A stretch of 64,000 bases of DNA from an uncultured Desulfovibrionaceae bacterium (GTDB lineage Bacteria > Desulfobacterota > Desulfovibrionia > Desulfovibrionales > Desulfovibrionaceae): positions 1,830 through 65,829 of the forward strand of contig CAYTSA010000008.1 in the NCBI GenBank assembly GCA_964440345.1, written 5' to 3'. Position numbers and translations under genes: made by a program. Positions 27,339 to 36,191 of the stretch are shown piece after piece. The notes under the pieces are model-generated. The model ran no database searches. It was not told the origin of the DNA and saw only the letters and a program-made list of their open reading frames with translations. Every line of letters starts with the position of its first letter. The first letter of the stretch is position 1.

Positions 27339-28958
27339 ATGACACAGAAAATTGCCATCATCGGCTTTGACGGAGCCACCTTCGACGTTATTACGCCACT
27401 GGCCAAACGCGGCCTCATGCCCAACTTTAAGCGATTTATGGAAGAGGGGGCCCACGGCCCCCTTGTTTCCACATTGCCCCCTCTTAGCCCAGTGGCCTGG
27501 ACTTCCATGATAACCGGAGTCAATCCAGCCAAACATGGCGTTTTTGACTTCATCGTGACCAAACGCCATGAGAACGAGCGGCGCATCCACTTCAACAGCG
27601 GCGGCGACCGCAAGATTGCCCCCATCTGGAGCCATATTGGCGAATACAAAATGAAATCCGTGGCGCTGAACGTTCCCATGACTTACCCGCCGGACAAGAT
27701 TCCCGGCGTGATCGTCTCCGGCATGGACGCGCCAAGCGTGGATTCCGACTTTGTCCACCCGCCAGAGGCCAAGGAAAAGCTGCTACAGGCAGCTCCTGAA
27801 TACGTCATTGAAATGCACATGGACCGCCGCTACCTGAAACGCCAGGACCTTTACCTGAAAGACCTCTTCGCCTCTGAAGAAGCCAAACTGAAAGCCAGCC
27901 TGCACTTTGCAAACACCGAAGACTGGTCTTTCTACATGACAGTGTTCACCGGTCTGGACCGTACGCAACACATGTTCATGGACGTTTTCGACTTTACAGC
28001 GCCAGCGCAGGAACTGGCCAAGAACCCCGTGCTGGCTACATACATGAAAATGGACGAATACCTCGGCCGGCTGATGGAGCAGCTGGGCGACGGCATCAAC
28101 GTGCTGGTGGTTTCAGACCACGGTTTCGGTCCTGTCCGCAACTTATTCTCCTTGAACAAATGGCTCATCCAGAACGGCTACATGAAGCTGGCCAAAGAGC
28201 AGGACCGGCAGAAAAAGTTTTTACAGGACAACATGGGCAAAATACGCCGCAAAATACAACGCATGCTTTCCCCGGGCGGACCGGTTGAGTCAAGCATGTT
28301 CGGCGAGCTGGAAGGACGCTCCGTCTTGCGCAACGTAGACTGGGAGAACACCCAGGCTTTCAGCTTTGGCTCCGCGCCGTCCATCTATATCAACCGCGAG
28401 GCAGTGCCAGACCCCGCCGAGCGCGTCCGGCTCATCGAGCGGATGACGACGGGGCTGCGACAAATCAAGGATCCAATGACCGGCGAATACATCTTCCGCC
28501 AAGTAGAGCCCGCGGACACAGCCTATGAGGGCCCGCTTCTTGAGCAAGGACCGGACATTGTGGCTGAGCACGCTGCAGGCTGGCAATATGAACAGATGAT
28601 GCTTTTCGGGTCTGAGCGGGTAAGCGGCCAGGGCGACCCCATCTCCCGCCAGCCTGGCTCCTCTGGCAATCACGTGCGCGAAGGAATACTGTTGGCAAAA
28701 GGTCCGCTCGTAAAACAGGGCGCCCTGCTCACTGCCAATATCATGGACATAGCCCCCACCGCCTACTACTGTCTGGGCATGGAAATTCCCGGCAACCTGG
28801 ACGGCAAGCTGCTTACCGAAATGCTGGACCCGGCCAGACTGCAGTCTGCCCCGCCGGCATACGGTCCGGACCTGCCCATAAGCGGCCAGGAGGGCGACTA
28901 TTCCGACAGCGAGAAACAGGCCATTGAGGAACGCCTGAAGAACCTGGGCTACATGTAA
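27339..28958 (+). CDS. Alkaline phosphatase superfamily protein (type I phosphodiesterase / nucleotide pyrophosphatase family), soluble
   Basis: 539 aa. IAIIGFDGATFDV metal-ligand motif. Nucleophile region TLPPLSPVAWTSMITG. VVSDHGF metal-ligand motif. No TM segment or signal peptide seen. Confidence 0.75.
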   Translation: MTQKIAIIGFDGATFDVITPLAKRGLMPNFKRFMEEGAHGPLVSTLPPLSPVAWTSMITGVNPAKHGVFDFIVTKRHENERRIHFNSGGDRKIAPIWSHIGEYKMKSVALNVPMTYPPDKIPGVIVSGMDAPSVDSDFVHPPEAKEKLLQAAPEYVIEMHMDRRYLKRQDLYLKDLFASEEAKLKASLHFANTEDWSFYMTVFTGLDRTQHMFMDVFDFTAPAQELAKNPVLATYMKMDEYLGRLMEQLGDGINVLVVSDHGFGPVRNLFSLNKWLIQNGYMKLAKEQDRQKKFLQDNMGKIRRKIQRMLSPGGPVESSMFGELEGRSVLRNVDWENTQAFSFGSAPSIYINREAVPDPAERVRLIERMTTGLRQIKDPMTGEYIFRQVEPADTAYEGPLLEQGPDIVAEHAAGWQYEQMMLFGSERVSGQGDPISRQPGSSGNHVREGILLAKGPLVKQGALLTANIMDIAPTAYYCLGMEIPGNLDGKLLTEMLDPARLQSAPPAYGPDLPISGQEGDYSDSEKQAIEERLKNLGYM

Positions 28959-28960
28959 TC

Positions 28961-29914
28961 ATGAAAGACAGACTGACCGAAACAGCCAAGTCGGCGTTCC
29001 TGGCCGTGGCCAAGAGAGTGTTCCCCCAAGCCCCGCATGCGGCGCTGCATCGGCTGGGCGACCTTGTCGGCCCCATCATGATAGGCGAAAAGGGCCGCAT
29101 CATCAGAGAAGAGCTGGGCGCGCTGTTGCCGGAGCTTTCCAGCCAGGACCTGGACGACGCGCTATACAAAGCCATGCGCAACTTCCGTAAGGATCTGTTC
29201 GAGATATGGTCCTTCCCCGGCCTGACCCAGGAAAAAGTGAACCGCTTGTGCATTCTGGAAGGCCGGGAACATCTGGACAAGGCCCTGGAAAAAGGCAAAG
29301 GCGCCATTATCTGCCTGACCCATTTCGGCTCCTGGAAAATCGTCCTGCCAGCCCTTGCCTTCAACGGCTACTCCGTGCACCAGGTGGCGGCCGATCCCAT
29401 GACCTTTGTGCGCGACGGGGAAAGCCCGGCCCACAACCAGATCATGTCATTTGAACGGCAATGTGAGGCCAGCTTGCCTGTGCAGTTCATCTACGTAAAC
29501 GACAAAGCAGTCCACAAACCGCTGTACAAGGCCCTGCAGAAGAATGAAATTGTCGTTGTCGCCCTGGACGGCGTCCTGGGCCGGGAACGGCTGTTTTGCG
29601 ACTTTCTGGCCGGCAGTCTGGGACTTTCCACCGGACCCGCGTCCTTGGCGCACCGTACGGGGTCGGCCTTGTTGCCGGAATTCGCCATCCGGGGCAGTGA
29701 CAACAGGCACAGGGTGACCATGCACCCGCCCCTGGACGTTTCCACAGAGCTGGACAGGGAAACCTTCATCCGCCAGTGGTGCGAACGCTTTGCCCGGCTT
29801 TTTGCCGCTCAGGTGCGCCAGCATCCAGACCATTACGCCAGGTTCCTGTTCACCTTGCGCAAATACCCGGTGGAAGGCATAGGGTCGGTCATCCGCGCAA
29901 AGGAAGCAGCGTGA
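28961..29914 (+). CDS. LpxL/HtrB-type lysophospholipid (lipid A-like) acyltransferase family protein
   Basis: 317 aa. Family-typical GKGAIICLTHFGSWKIV block. The usual H-x4-(D/E) dyad reads H-F-G-S-W-K here. Confidence 0.7.
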   Translation: MKDRLTETAKSAFLAVAKRVFPQAPHAALHRLGDLVGPIMIGEKGRIIREELGALLPELSSQDLDDALYKAMRNFRKDLFEIWSFPGLTQEKVNRLCILEGREHLDKALEKGKGAIICLTHFGSWKIVLPALAFNGYSVHQVAADPMTFVRDGESPAHNQIMSFERQCEASLPVQFIYVNDKAVHKPLYKALQKNEIVVVALDGVLGRERLFCDFLAGSLGLSTGPASLAHRTGSALLPEFAIRGSDNRHRVTMHPPLDVSTELDRETFIRQWCERFARLFAAQVRQHPDHYARFLFTLRKYPVEGIGSVIRAKEAA

Positions 29915-31272
29915 AGATATTGCTTGTCCAATCCTGGCTCGGTCCCAATCAGGACTACCCAGTCTACCCTTTAGGGCTGGCTTACCTGGGCACAGCCCTG
30001 AGGAACGCTGGCAGGGAAGTACGCATTTTCGACCCCAACGTGAGCGGCGCGCCCCTGGAAGAACTGAAGGCAAAAATACGGCGTTTCGGGCCGGACGTTA
30101 TCGGCCTCTCCCTGCGCAACCTGGACAACCAGGTGCGCATCGACTTCGTGTATTATTACAATTTTTTCCAGGAGCTGCTGGCCACAGCCTGGCAAAGCGC
30201 TCCAGACGCGCTCCGTATTGTAGGCGGCGCCGGGTTCTCCATGTTCGCCAAGCAGATCATGCAAGACAACCCCGCCATAGACATGGGCGTATTTCTGGAA
30301 GCTGAGGATTCTTTTCCCCAACTGCTCAATAATCTTTCCGCGCCGGAACAGGTAAAGGGAGTCTACTACAGGCGCGACGGCGAGATTCGCTTTACTGGCG
30401 AGGCGCCTGTCCCGGACTTTGCCGCTCTGCCCTATCCACAACGGGATTTCAATGACCTGACGCAGTATAAAAAACATTTTTCCGCTTTCGGCGTGCAGAC
30501 CAAGCGCGGCTGCCCTTTGCGCTGCGCCTACTGCAACTACCCCTTCCTCAGCGGCAAGCGCTGGCGCATGCGCAGCCCGGAACACATTGGCGAAGAGCTG
30601 GAATACCTCCAGTCCCTGGGCGTCTCCTCCTTTGTCTTTGCCGACTCCATTGTCAACTTGCCCTATGACTACTCCGCCGCCATTTTCAATGAAATGATCT
30701 CCCGCAAGGTGAACCTGGAGTGGGTTGGCTACATGCATCTACAAGGAATGACAAAGGAATACATGCTCCTGGCCAAGAAGGCCGGCTGCAAAGTCATGGT
30801 CTTTTCGCCGGACGCCGTTTCAGCCCAAGCCTTGCAAGCCTTGCAAAAAGACATTGATCCGGAAGAGGTCAAAAGAATCTACGCCCTGGCCTGCAAGGAC
30901 CCGGACCTGCGAGACATATATTTCCATTTCAGTTTTTTCATCAACCCGCCCGGGGAGACCTTCTCTGGACTGGCCAAGACGCTTTGGCGCTATGCTGAAG
31001 CCAAGCGGCGCGTTTTTAACCGACGCATCATTGTTTTCATCAACTGGATTCGGGTCGAGCCCCACTCCGAGGTGTACAAAACCGCCCTGGAACAAGGCGT
31101 CTTTACAGAACAGACAAACCTGCTGCCTGCTTCTGCAGACCAAGCCAGCCAATGCTTCTACTCCAACCCGTCGCTACGCTTTATGGACGGACCCATTCAG
31201 TCACTGCTCAAAACGCCCGGCCGCCTGAAAAGCGTGCTGAGAAAAATCAAACCTGCTCCACCAGGAGCCTGA
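29911..31272 (+). CDS. Cobalamin-binding-domain radical SAM enzyme (class B-like)
   Basis: 453 aa from GTG 29911 (VKILLVQSW..., overlapping the upstream stop). Rossmann-like B12-type N-domain. CxxxCxxC cluster motif CPLRCAYCNYP. Confidence 0.8.
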   Translation: MKILLVQSWLGPNQDYPVYPLGLAYLGTALRNAGREVRIFDPNVSGAPLEELKAKIRRFGPDVIGLSLRNLDNQVRIDFVYYYNFFQELLATAWQSAPDALRIVGGAGFSMFAKQIMQDNPAIDMGVFLEAEDSFPQLLNNLSAPEQVKGVYYRRDGEIRFTGEAPVPDFAALPYPQRDFNDLTQYKKHFSAFGVQTKRGCPLRCAYCNYPFLSGKRWRMRSPEHIGEELEYLQSLGVSSFVFADSIVNLPYDYSAAIFNEMISRKVNLEWVGYMHLQGMTKEYMLLAKKAGCKVMVFSPDAVSAQALQALQKDIDPEEVKRIYALACKDPDLRDIYFHFSFFINPPGETFSGLAKTLWRYAEAKRRVFNRRIIVFINWIRVEPHSEVYKTALEQGVFTEQTNLLPASADQASQCFYSNPSLRFMDGPIQSLLKTPGRLKSVLRKIKPAPPGA

Positions 31273-31284
31273 CGGCAAGAAAGC

Positions 31285-32790
31285 ATGGTTCGCGCACAGC
31301 CGCACATACTACGATTTGCATCCTTGATACGATGCTGTGCGTGCGCCTTGTGCGTCGCGCTTGTGTGCGCAGACGCAGCGCACGCTGCAGAAGAAAACCT
31401 GTCCGTGCTGCTTCCGGTAAAGGGCGAGCGTGCTTACTACTCGCCGGCCGTGCCCCCGTTTCCCGCCGGGGCTCAGGTCCCTTCTTCGAACAAAGCGTTT
31501 CCGGAAACAGTGCTGCAGGCCAAACAGGGTCGCGTCGCCGTCTCTTTGGGCCGAGCCCCGGTCATTGTCGAAGACGTTGCGGCCAGGGCCTCCAGCGGAG
31601 AGGGACCGTCGCCCATGGGTTTGCACCCCCCGCACACCTACGCCAAACCTCCCAGCAGCCGCCGTCAGTTGCCGCCGCCCAGCCGCCTTGGCTACATGTA
31701 CGACGACGCCGTTGCGCTCAACGCAGGTTGGGGCCGTCCGGAATACTACGTCCGCTGGGGTCTGGTGCAACCCACAGACGAAGACGTAGCGCGCAACCGG
31801 TTTGACTGGTCCAGCACCGACTACGTAATACAGAGCGCTCCTGCAGACATGGAACTGCTGGTCAACGTTGGCGGCGTCATCTCCCGGCTGAAGGACGGCC
31901 GGCGGGCCGGCCCCACCGCCACGGGAAGCCCTGGCCAGCAGTTGGATTTCGAATTTGCCAAAGAGGAATACGAAGAACGGTTCGCCCAGTTCGTCCAGGC
32001 AACAGTGGAGCGCTATGACGGCGACGGCGTAGCGGACATGCCGGGCCTGCAAAACCCCGTCACCCATTGGCAGGTCCTGAACGAGCCTGATTTTTACGGC
32101 TCTGACGCAGAGGGCTATGGGCGCTTGCTGGCCCTGGCCTCCCTGGGAATACGCCGGGCCTGCCCGGAGTGCCGCATAGCCTGCGGCGGGGTCTCCCGGT
32201 TTCTGGAACAACGCGTTTTCGATGATTTTTACGTACCGGCCCTCAAGCAGTTGGAGCCAGGCGATATTGATATTTTCGACGCCCACCTGCTCACCCAGGC
32301 CGGGGTGTGGGAAAAGGATATTCTAAAACGCATGGAACACGCCCGCAATACTTTGGACTCGCTCGGATTTCGCAATGTGGAGCTCTGGTCTACAGAAGCT
32401 GGAACCTACAGCGGTTCGCCCTTGCATTTTTCCAAGACGCGAAACTTTCCTTACCAGAGCGAACAGGTTCAGGCCGCCGATCTGGTCAAACGCTTCGTCA
32501 GCCTGTTCGGCCTGGGCGCGCGAAAGGTGTTCTGGTCCTTTGGCATAGAGGAAGGATTCATTGGCGACGGCACATTTTTCGACAACTTTGGCCTGATCTA
32601 TGACGGCAAGGGGGATGAGGACCCGGGCCGCGGGGTCCGCAAGCTGGCTTACTATTCTTTTGCCAGGCTGGCGCAGATACTGAAGGGCGCGGACGTTGCC
32701 CGGGCCCGCACGCTGGACCTGGGACCAGGCGTCACGGCTGTGCAGTTTCTCAAAGGCGGCGGGTCTGTCGTTATACTCTGGGCGGACTGA
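31285..32790 (+). CDS. Secreted clan GH-A (GH5/GH39-like) glycoside hydrolase
   Basis: 501 aa. Signal peptide ending AHA-AE. Acid/base motif WQVLNEPDF and nucleophile motif ELWSTEAG, with the spacing expected for a (beta/alpha)8 retaining glycosidase. Confidence 0.65.
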   Translation: MVRAQPHILRFASLIRCCACALCVALVCADAAHAAEENLSVLLPVKGERAYYSPAVPPFPAGAQVPSSNKAFPETVLQAKQGRVAVSLGRAPVIVEDVAARASSGEGPSPMGLHPPHTYAKPPSSRRQLPPPSRLGYMYDDAVALNAGWGRPEYYVRWGLVQPTDEDVARNRFDWSSTDYVIQSAPADMELLVNVGGVISRLKDGRRAGPTATGSPGQQLDFEFAKEEYEERFAQFVQATVERYDGDGVADMPGLQNPVTHWQVLNEPDFYGSDAEGYGRLLALASLGIRRACPECRIACGGVSRFLEQRVFDDFYVPALKQLEPGDIDIFDAHLLTQAGVWEKDILKRMEHARNTLDSLGFRNVELWSTEAGTYSGSPLHFSKTRNFPYQSEQVQAADLVKRFVSLFGLGARKVFWSFGIEEGFIGDGTFFDNFGLIYDGKGDEDPGRGVRKLAYYSFARLAQILKGADVARARTLDLGPGVTAVQFLKGGGSVVILWAD

Positions 32791-32800
32791 GGCAGAGACT

Positions 32801-34279
32801 ATGCAAGCCGCTTCAGCGAAGAGACTCGCTCTGCCCCACCCCCTGGCCGCCGGCGTCGCCATCTTGCTCCTGGGCCTGGCCACGGCTGCGGCCGCGGTTC
32901 CCTTTCCTGCGCACACCGCCCTTGCCGTGCTGGGCGCAAGCCTGCTGCTCCTGTTCTGGCTCAAACTGCCTGTTATCTACAGCGTCACCCTGCTGGCTTT
33001 TCAGACCATTGTCGTCAGCCTTGCCTGGACAGAGGGAACAGTCAAATTTACCCTCAAGCCTTACGATATTCTGTGCATTCTGTGCCTGTTCAGCTTTTTT
33101 ACAGCCCGGGCCATGAACCGCGTCAAGCCATACGCCGCCAAGCCGGGAGACTTGTTGGCCTTTTGCTTGTTTGCCCTGGGCGTCGCCAGTCTGTGGTGGT
33201 CGCACGACGTGGACCGCGGCGTATACGAGCTGCTCCGGCTGTCCGGCGCCTTGTTTTTCGCTCTGGTCCTCACCCCCGCGGTCATCGATTCCGAGCGCCG
33301 GCTCAATCTGCTCATGCATCTGCTCATCATCGCCGGCGTCGTCAACGGCGCCATCTCCATTTTCGCCTTCTACACCTATCCGGACTTTCTCTCCCAGGTG
33401 CTGTACAAAGACCAGACCTACACCATCTCCCTGCTCTTCAACGACCTGACCGTGCAACAACGCGGGCACGGCTTCACCCATCCGTTGAACACGTCCATAT
33501 GGCTGGACATGGCTCTGTTCATGGTTGCCGCCAAGTTTGTGACCATGCCTGCCTCGCCCCAGCTTCTCCGCGGGCGAGCAGGCATAGCGATAACCGGATT
33601 ATTCATTCTTGCCAGCCACTTAAGCACAATGAGCAAAGGCTCTGTATTGAGCATGCTGGCTGTGGCCGGGCTGATTATCCTGGCGGTGCGTCATTTGCGG
33701 CTGCGGCTCTTTCAGAGCGCGGCGGTCGTCGCGTTGGCTCTGGTCTGTTGCTTTCTGGCTGTTCACAGTGTGGACCTGGTCAAACACATCAAGGTCATTG
33801 GCCAGCAGACGCAGGTAGGCGGGGAGCGCAGCTCCGCCAACGACCGCGTGGTCTGGTGGGGCCAGGCCCTGGATAAAACCATGGAAACCGACGGCGCGGG
33901 CGTGGGCGCTGGGGGCATATTCCAGTATCTGGACCCATGGGGCCCACACGCCCACTCCATCTACCTGTCCACCCTGTCAGAATTGGGGTTTCCCGGGCTC
34001 ATTCTTTTTTTACTGGTCTGCATCGTCTCGCTGGTCCACTTCTGCTCCGTCATGCGGCGCTGCAAGAACACCACCAACCAGCTGCTGCTGCTCATGTTCA
34101 CGGCTAACTGGGTGAACATGCTTGTCTACGGCTTTCTGGACCTCACCTACTCCGAAGCCACGGTCTGGGCGCCGCTGGGCATGGCCCACGCCGCCTGCAT
34201 TCTGGTCATGCGGGCGGAAGCCGCCGGCCGGTCCCTCTTCCCCAAGGCCGCCACACAAGAGACAGGCCGTGCACTATAA
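32801..34279 (+). CDS. Wzy-type polymerase / O-antigen ligase family membrane protein
   Basis: 492 aa from ATG 32801 with about 10-12 TM helices. Has the large periplasmic loop typical of Wzy_C/O-antigen ligase proteins. Confidence 0.75.
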   Translation: MQAASAKRLALPHPLAAGVAILLLGLATAAAAVPFPAHTALAVLGASLLLLFWLKLPVIYSVTLLAFQTIVVSLAWTEGTVKFTLKPYDILCILCLFSFFTARAMNRVKPYAAKPGDLLAFCLFALGVASLWWSHDVDRGVYELLRLSGALFFALVLTPAVIDSERRLNLLMHLLIIAGVVNGAISIFAFYTYPDFLSQVLYKDQTYTISLLFNDLTVQQRGHGFTHPLNTSIWLDMALFMVAAKFVTMPASPQLLRGRAGIAITGLFILASHLSTMSKGSVLSMLAVAGLIILAVRHLRLRLFQSAAVVALALVCCFLAVHSVDLVKHIKVIGQQTQVGGERSSANDRVVWWGQALDKTMETDGAGVGAGGIFQYLDPWGPHAHSIYLSTLSELGFPGLILFLLVCIVSLVHFCSVMRRCKNTTNQLLLLMFTANWVNMLVYGFLDLTYSEATVWAPLGMAHAACILVMRAEAAGRSLFPKAATQETGRAL

Positions 34280-35480
34280 ATTCGTAAAACCCCGCACCCG
34301 ACGCATCATGTTCTGCATCGACGCAGCCGGTTTCTGCGTCTGGACGCTGCTGCGGCTTTTCCAGCCCTGGACCTGGTTCCGCTCCCGGAAAATACCTGAA
34401 AACCCCAAAAGACTGCTCCTCATCCGGGCAGACTACATTGGCGACGTTCTGCTGGCCACGCACACCTTCCGGGCCATCAGGCAGAGGTTTCCGCATACGG
34501 AAATAACTCTGCTCACCTCCACCAGGGGGGCGACCCTGGTGCAGGGCAATCCGTACATAGACCGCGTCATGGCCTGGGACCCTCCCTGGTTCTTCCCGGA
34601 CAAGCGCAAGACGGCCTGGCCGGAATGCAAACGCATCATCAAGGAGCTGCAAGCATGCTCCTATGACCTGGGAGCTGACTTTCGCGGCGACCTGCGCAAT
34701 ATCGCCGTGCTGCTCGTTGCCGCGGGCGTGCGCTTCAGAGTCAGCTTTGCGGCGTCAGGGGGGTTTTACCTGCTCCACAAGGTTGTTCCCTACGCTAATG
34801 ACCTGCACGAAGCCGCACACCACACCCGCGTGGCCCAGGCCCTGGGAGCCGACGTGCAGCTCCACGACTCTCCACAGGTGTATGTGGACCAGGAGGAACG
34901 CGCAGCTGTGGACAATTTTATGCAGCGCCACGGTCTGGAAGCCGGCAAGTGCGCGGTGATAGCCCCGGGCGCCCGCAAAAAAGTGCGGCTGTGGCCGCCA
35001 GAAAGATATGCAGAGCTTGGCAGACGGCTGCAAAAATCGTATGGCCTGCGGGTTATTCTGGCCGGCCCGCCTGAAGAAAGGCCCCTGCTGCAACATGTCG
35101 CAGACATGATGGGCGGAGAAGCGGCCTTTAGCTGCGACGGCGTGGCGGACCTGCGCCAGCTTTACGAACTGTTCACGCGCTGCCGCCTATACGTCGGCGT
35201 CAGCTCTGGCCCGGCCCACCTGGCTGCTGCGGCTGGAGTGCCGCAAGTTCTGCTTTTCGGGCCAGAACTGCAAAGCCAGTGGAAGCCGCTCGGCGTTGCA
35301 CACCGCATCATCCAGCACCTTTTCCCATGCAAGCCGTGCACCCAAAACGACTGCCCCAGGCTGGAGGACAACTGCATCAAGGCCATTCGCACGGACGAGG
35401 TTCTGGAGGCCGTGGACGAGCTGCTACGCGCCAGCAGCCCGCATGCTGAAACACATGGCGACTGCCATGAAACTGCATAA
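34269..35480 (+). CDS. Glycosyltransferase family 9 (heptosyltransferase-like)
   Basis: GT9 hallmark LLLIRADYIGDVLLATHTFRAIRQRFP. C-terminal GVSSGPAHLAAAAGVP. The start is either GTG 34269 (overlapping the upstream stop) or ATG 34308. Confidence 0.8.
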   Translation: MHYKFVKPRTRRIMFCIDAAGFCVWTLLRLFQPWTWFRSRKIPENPKRLLLIRADYIGDVLLATHTFRAIRQRFPHTEITLLTSTRGATLVQGNPYIDRVMAWDPPWFFPDKRKTAWPECKRIIKELQACSYDLGADFRGDLRNIAVLLVAAGVRFRVSFAASGGFYLLHKVVPYANDLHEAAHHTRVAQALGADVQLHDSPQVYVDQEERAAVDNFMQRHGLEAGKCAVIAPGARKKVRLWPPERYAELGRRLQKSYGLRVILAGPPEERPLLQHVADMMGGEAAFSCDGVADLRQLYELFTRCRLYVGVSSGPAHLAAAAGVPQVLLFGPELQSQWKPLGVAHRIIQHLFPCKPCTQNDCPRLEDNCIKAIRTDEVLEAVDELLRASSPHAETHGDCHETA

Positions 35481-35621
35481 ACTGCCGGCGTATTCACGCA
35501 TATTCACGCATTGGAAACTGCTCGGCTCCGGTCGCGTTCCCTACCCGCCGGAACATATTTCCATAGAGGCGACAAACGCGTGCAGGGAGCTTTCGGAGGG
35601 GCTGAAGACTCGCTTTGCCCC

Positions 35622-36191
35622 TCAGGCTTTTTCCCGGTGCAGAGCCGGGTCTACAACAATGGACATGGCCTCAGTGTCCAACTTTTTAGACAAAAAACCC
35701 TGGACTTTTTGCGCCCATTCTGTGGGATTCGCCAGGCACTGGCGATAATCCACATACAGCACGTCCATGTTCCGCCTTTTTGTCAGCCACTCCTTCACCC
35801 TGGCCAGGTGGCTGGAAAAAAACACCTCCATGTCTGCGTCAGAAAGGTCGTCTCCCTTGCCCATGCGGCGCATCATGGCCTGCTGCGAGGCCAGCACTTC
35901 CGCGATGGGCCGCAGCATGAAGACCACCTTGCACGGCGTATTCTCCGGCATATGCTGCAGCATCGGAGAGACCACCTTGACCACACGGCCCTCGCACTCC
36001 GCCAGCCAGCTGTTGTCCTCGCGCAAAGATTTCACCTTATCCAACTCGTAGTACCCCTTGGGGTTGCTTGCGTCAGCGGCTCGCTTCCCGTCGGCCGCTA
36101 TATCCAGCCCGCCGGCGGCAAGCATCTGCATCATCATGGACGTGCCGGAACGCGGCAGGCCAGAAACAACAATTATAGGCTGTTGCGTCAT
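35622..36191 (-). CDS. PAPS-type sulfotransferase family protein
   Basis: 189 aa from ATG 36191. 5'-phosphosulfate-binding loop VVSGLPRSGTSMM. ATGA overlap with the upstream DUF362 gene. Confidence 0.7.
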   Translation of the reverse strand: MTQQPIIVVSGLPRSGTSMMMQMLAAGGLDIAADGKRAADASNPKGYYELDKVKSLREDNSWLAECEGRVVKVVSPMLQHMPENTPCKVVFMLRPIAEVLASQQAMMRRMGKGDDLSDADMEVFFSSHLARVKEWLTKRRNMDVLYVDYRQCLANPTEWAQKVQGFLSKKLDTEAMSIVVDPALHREKA

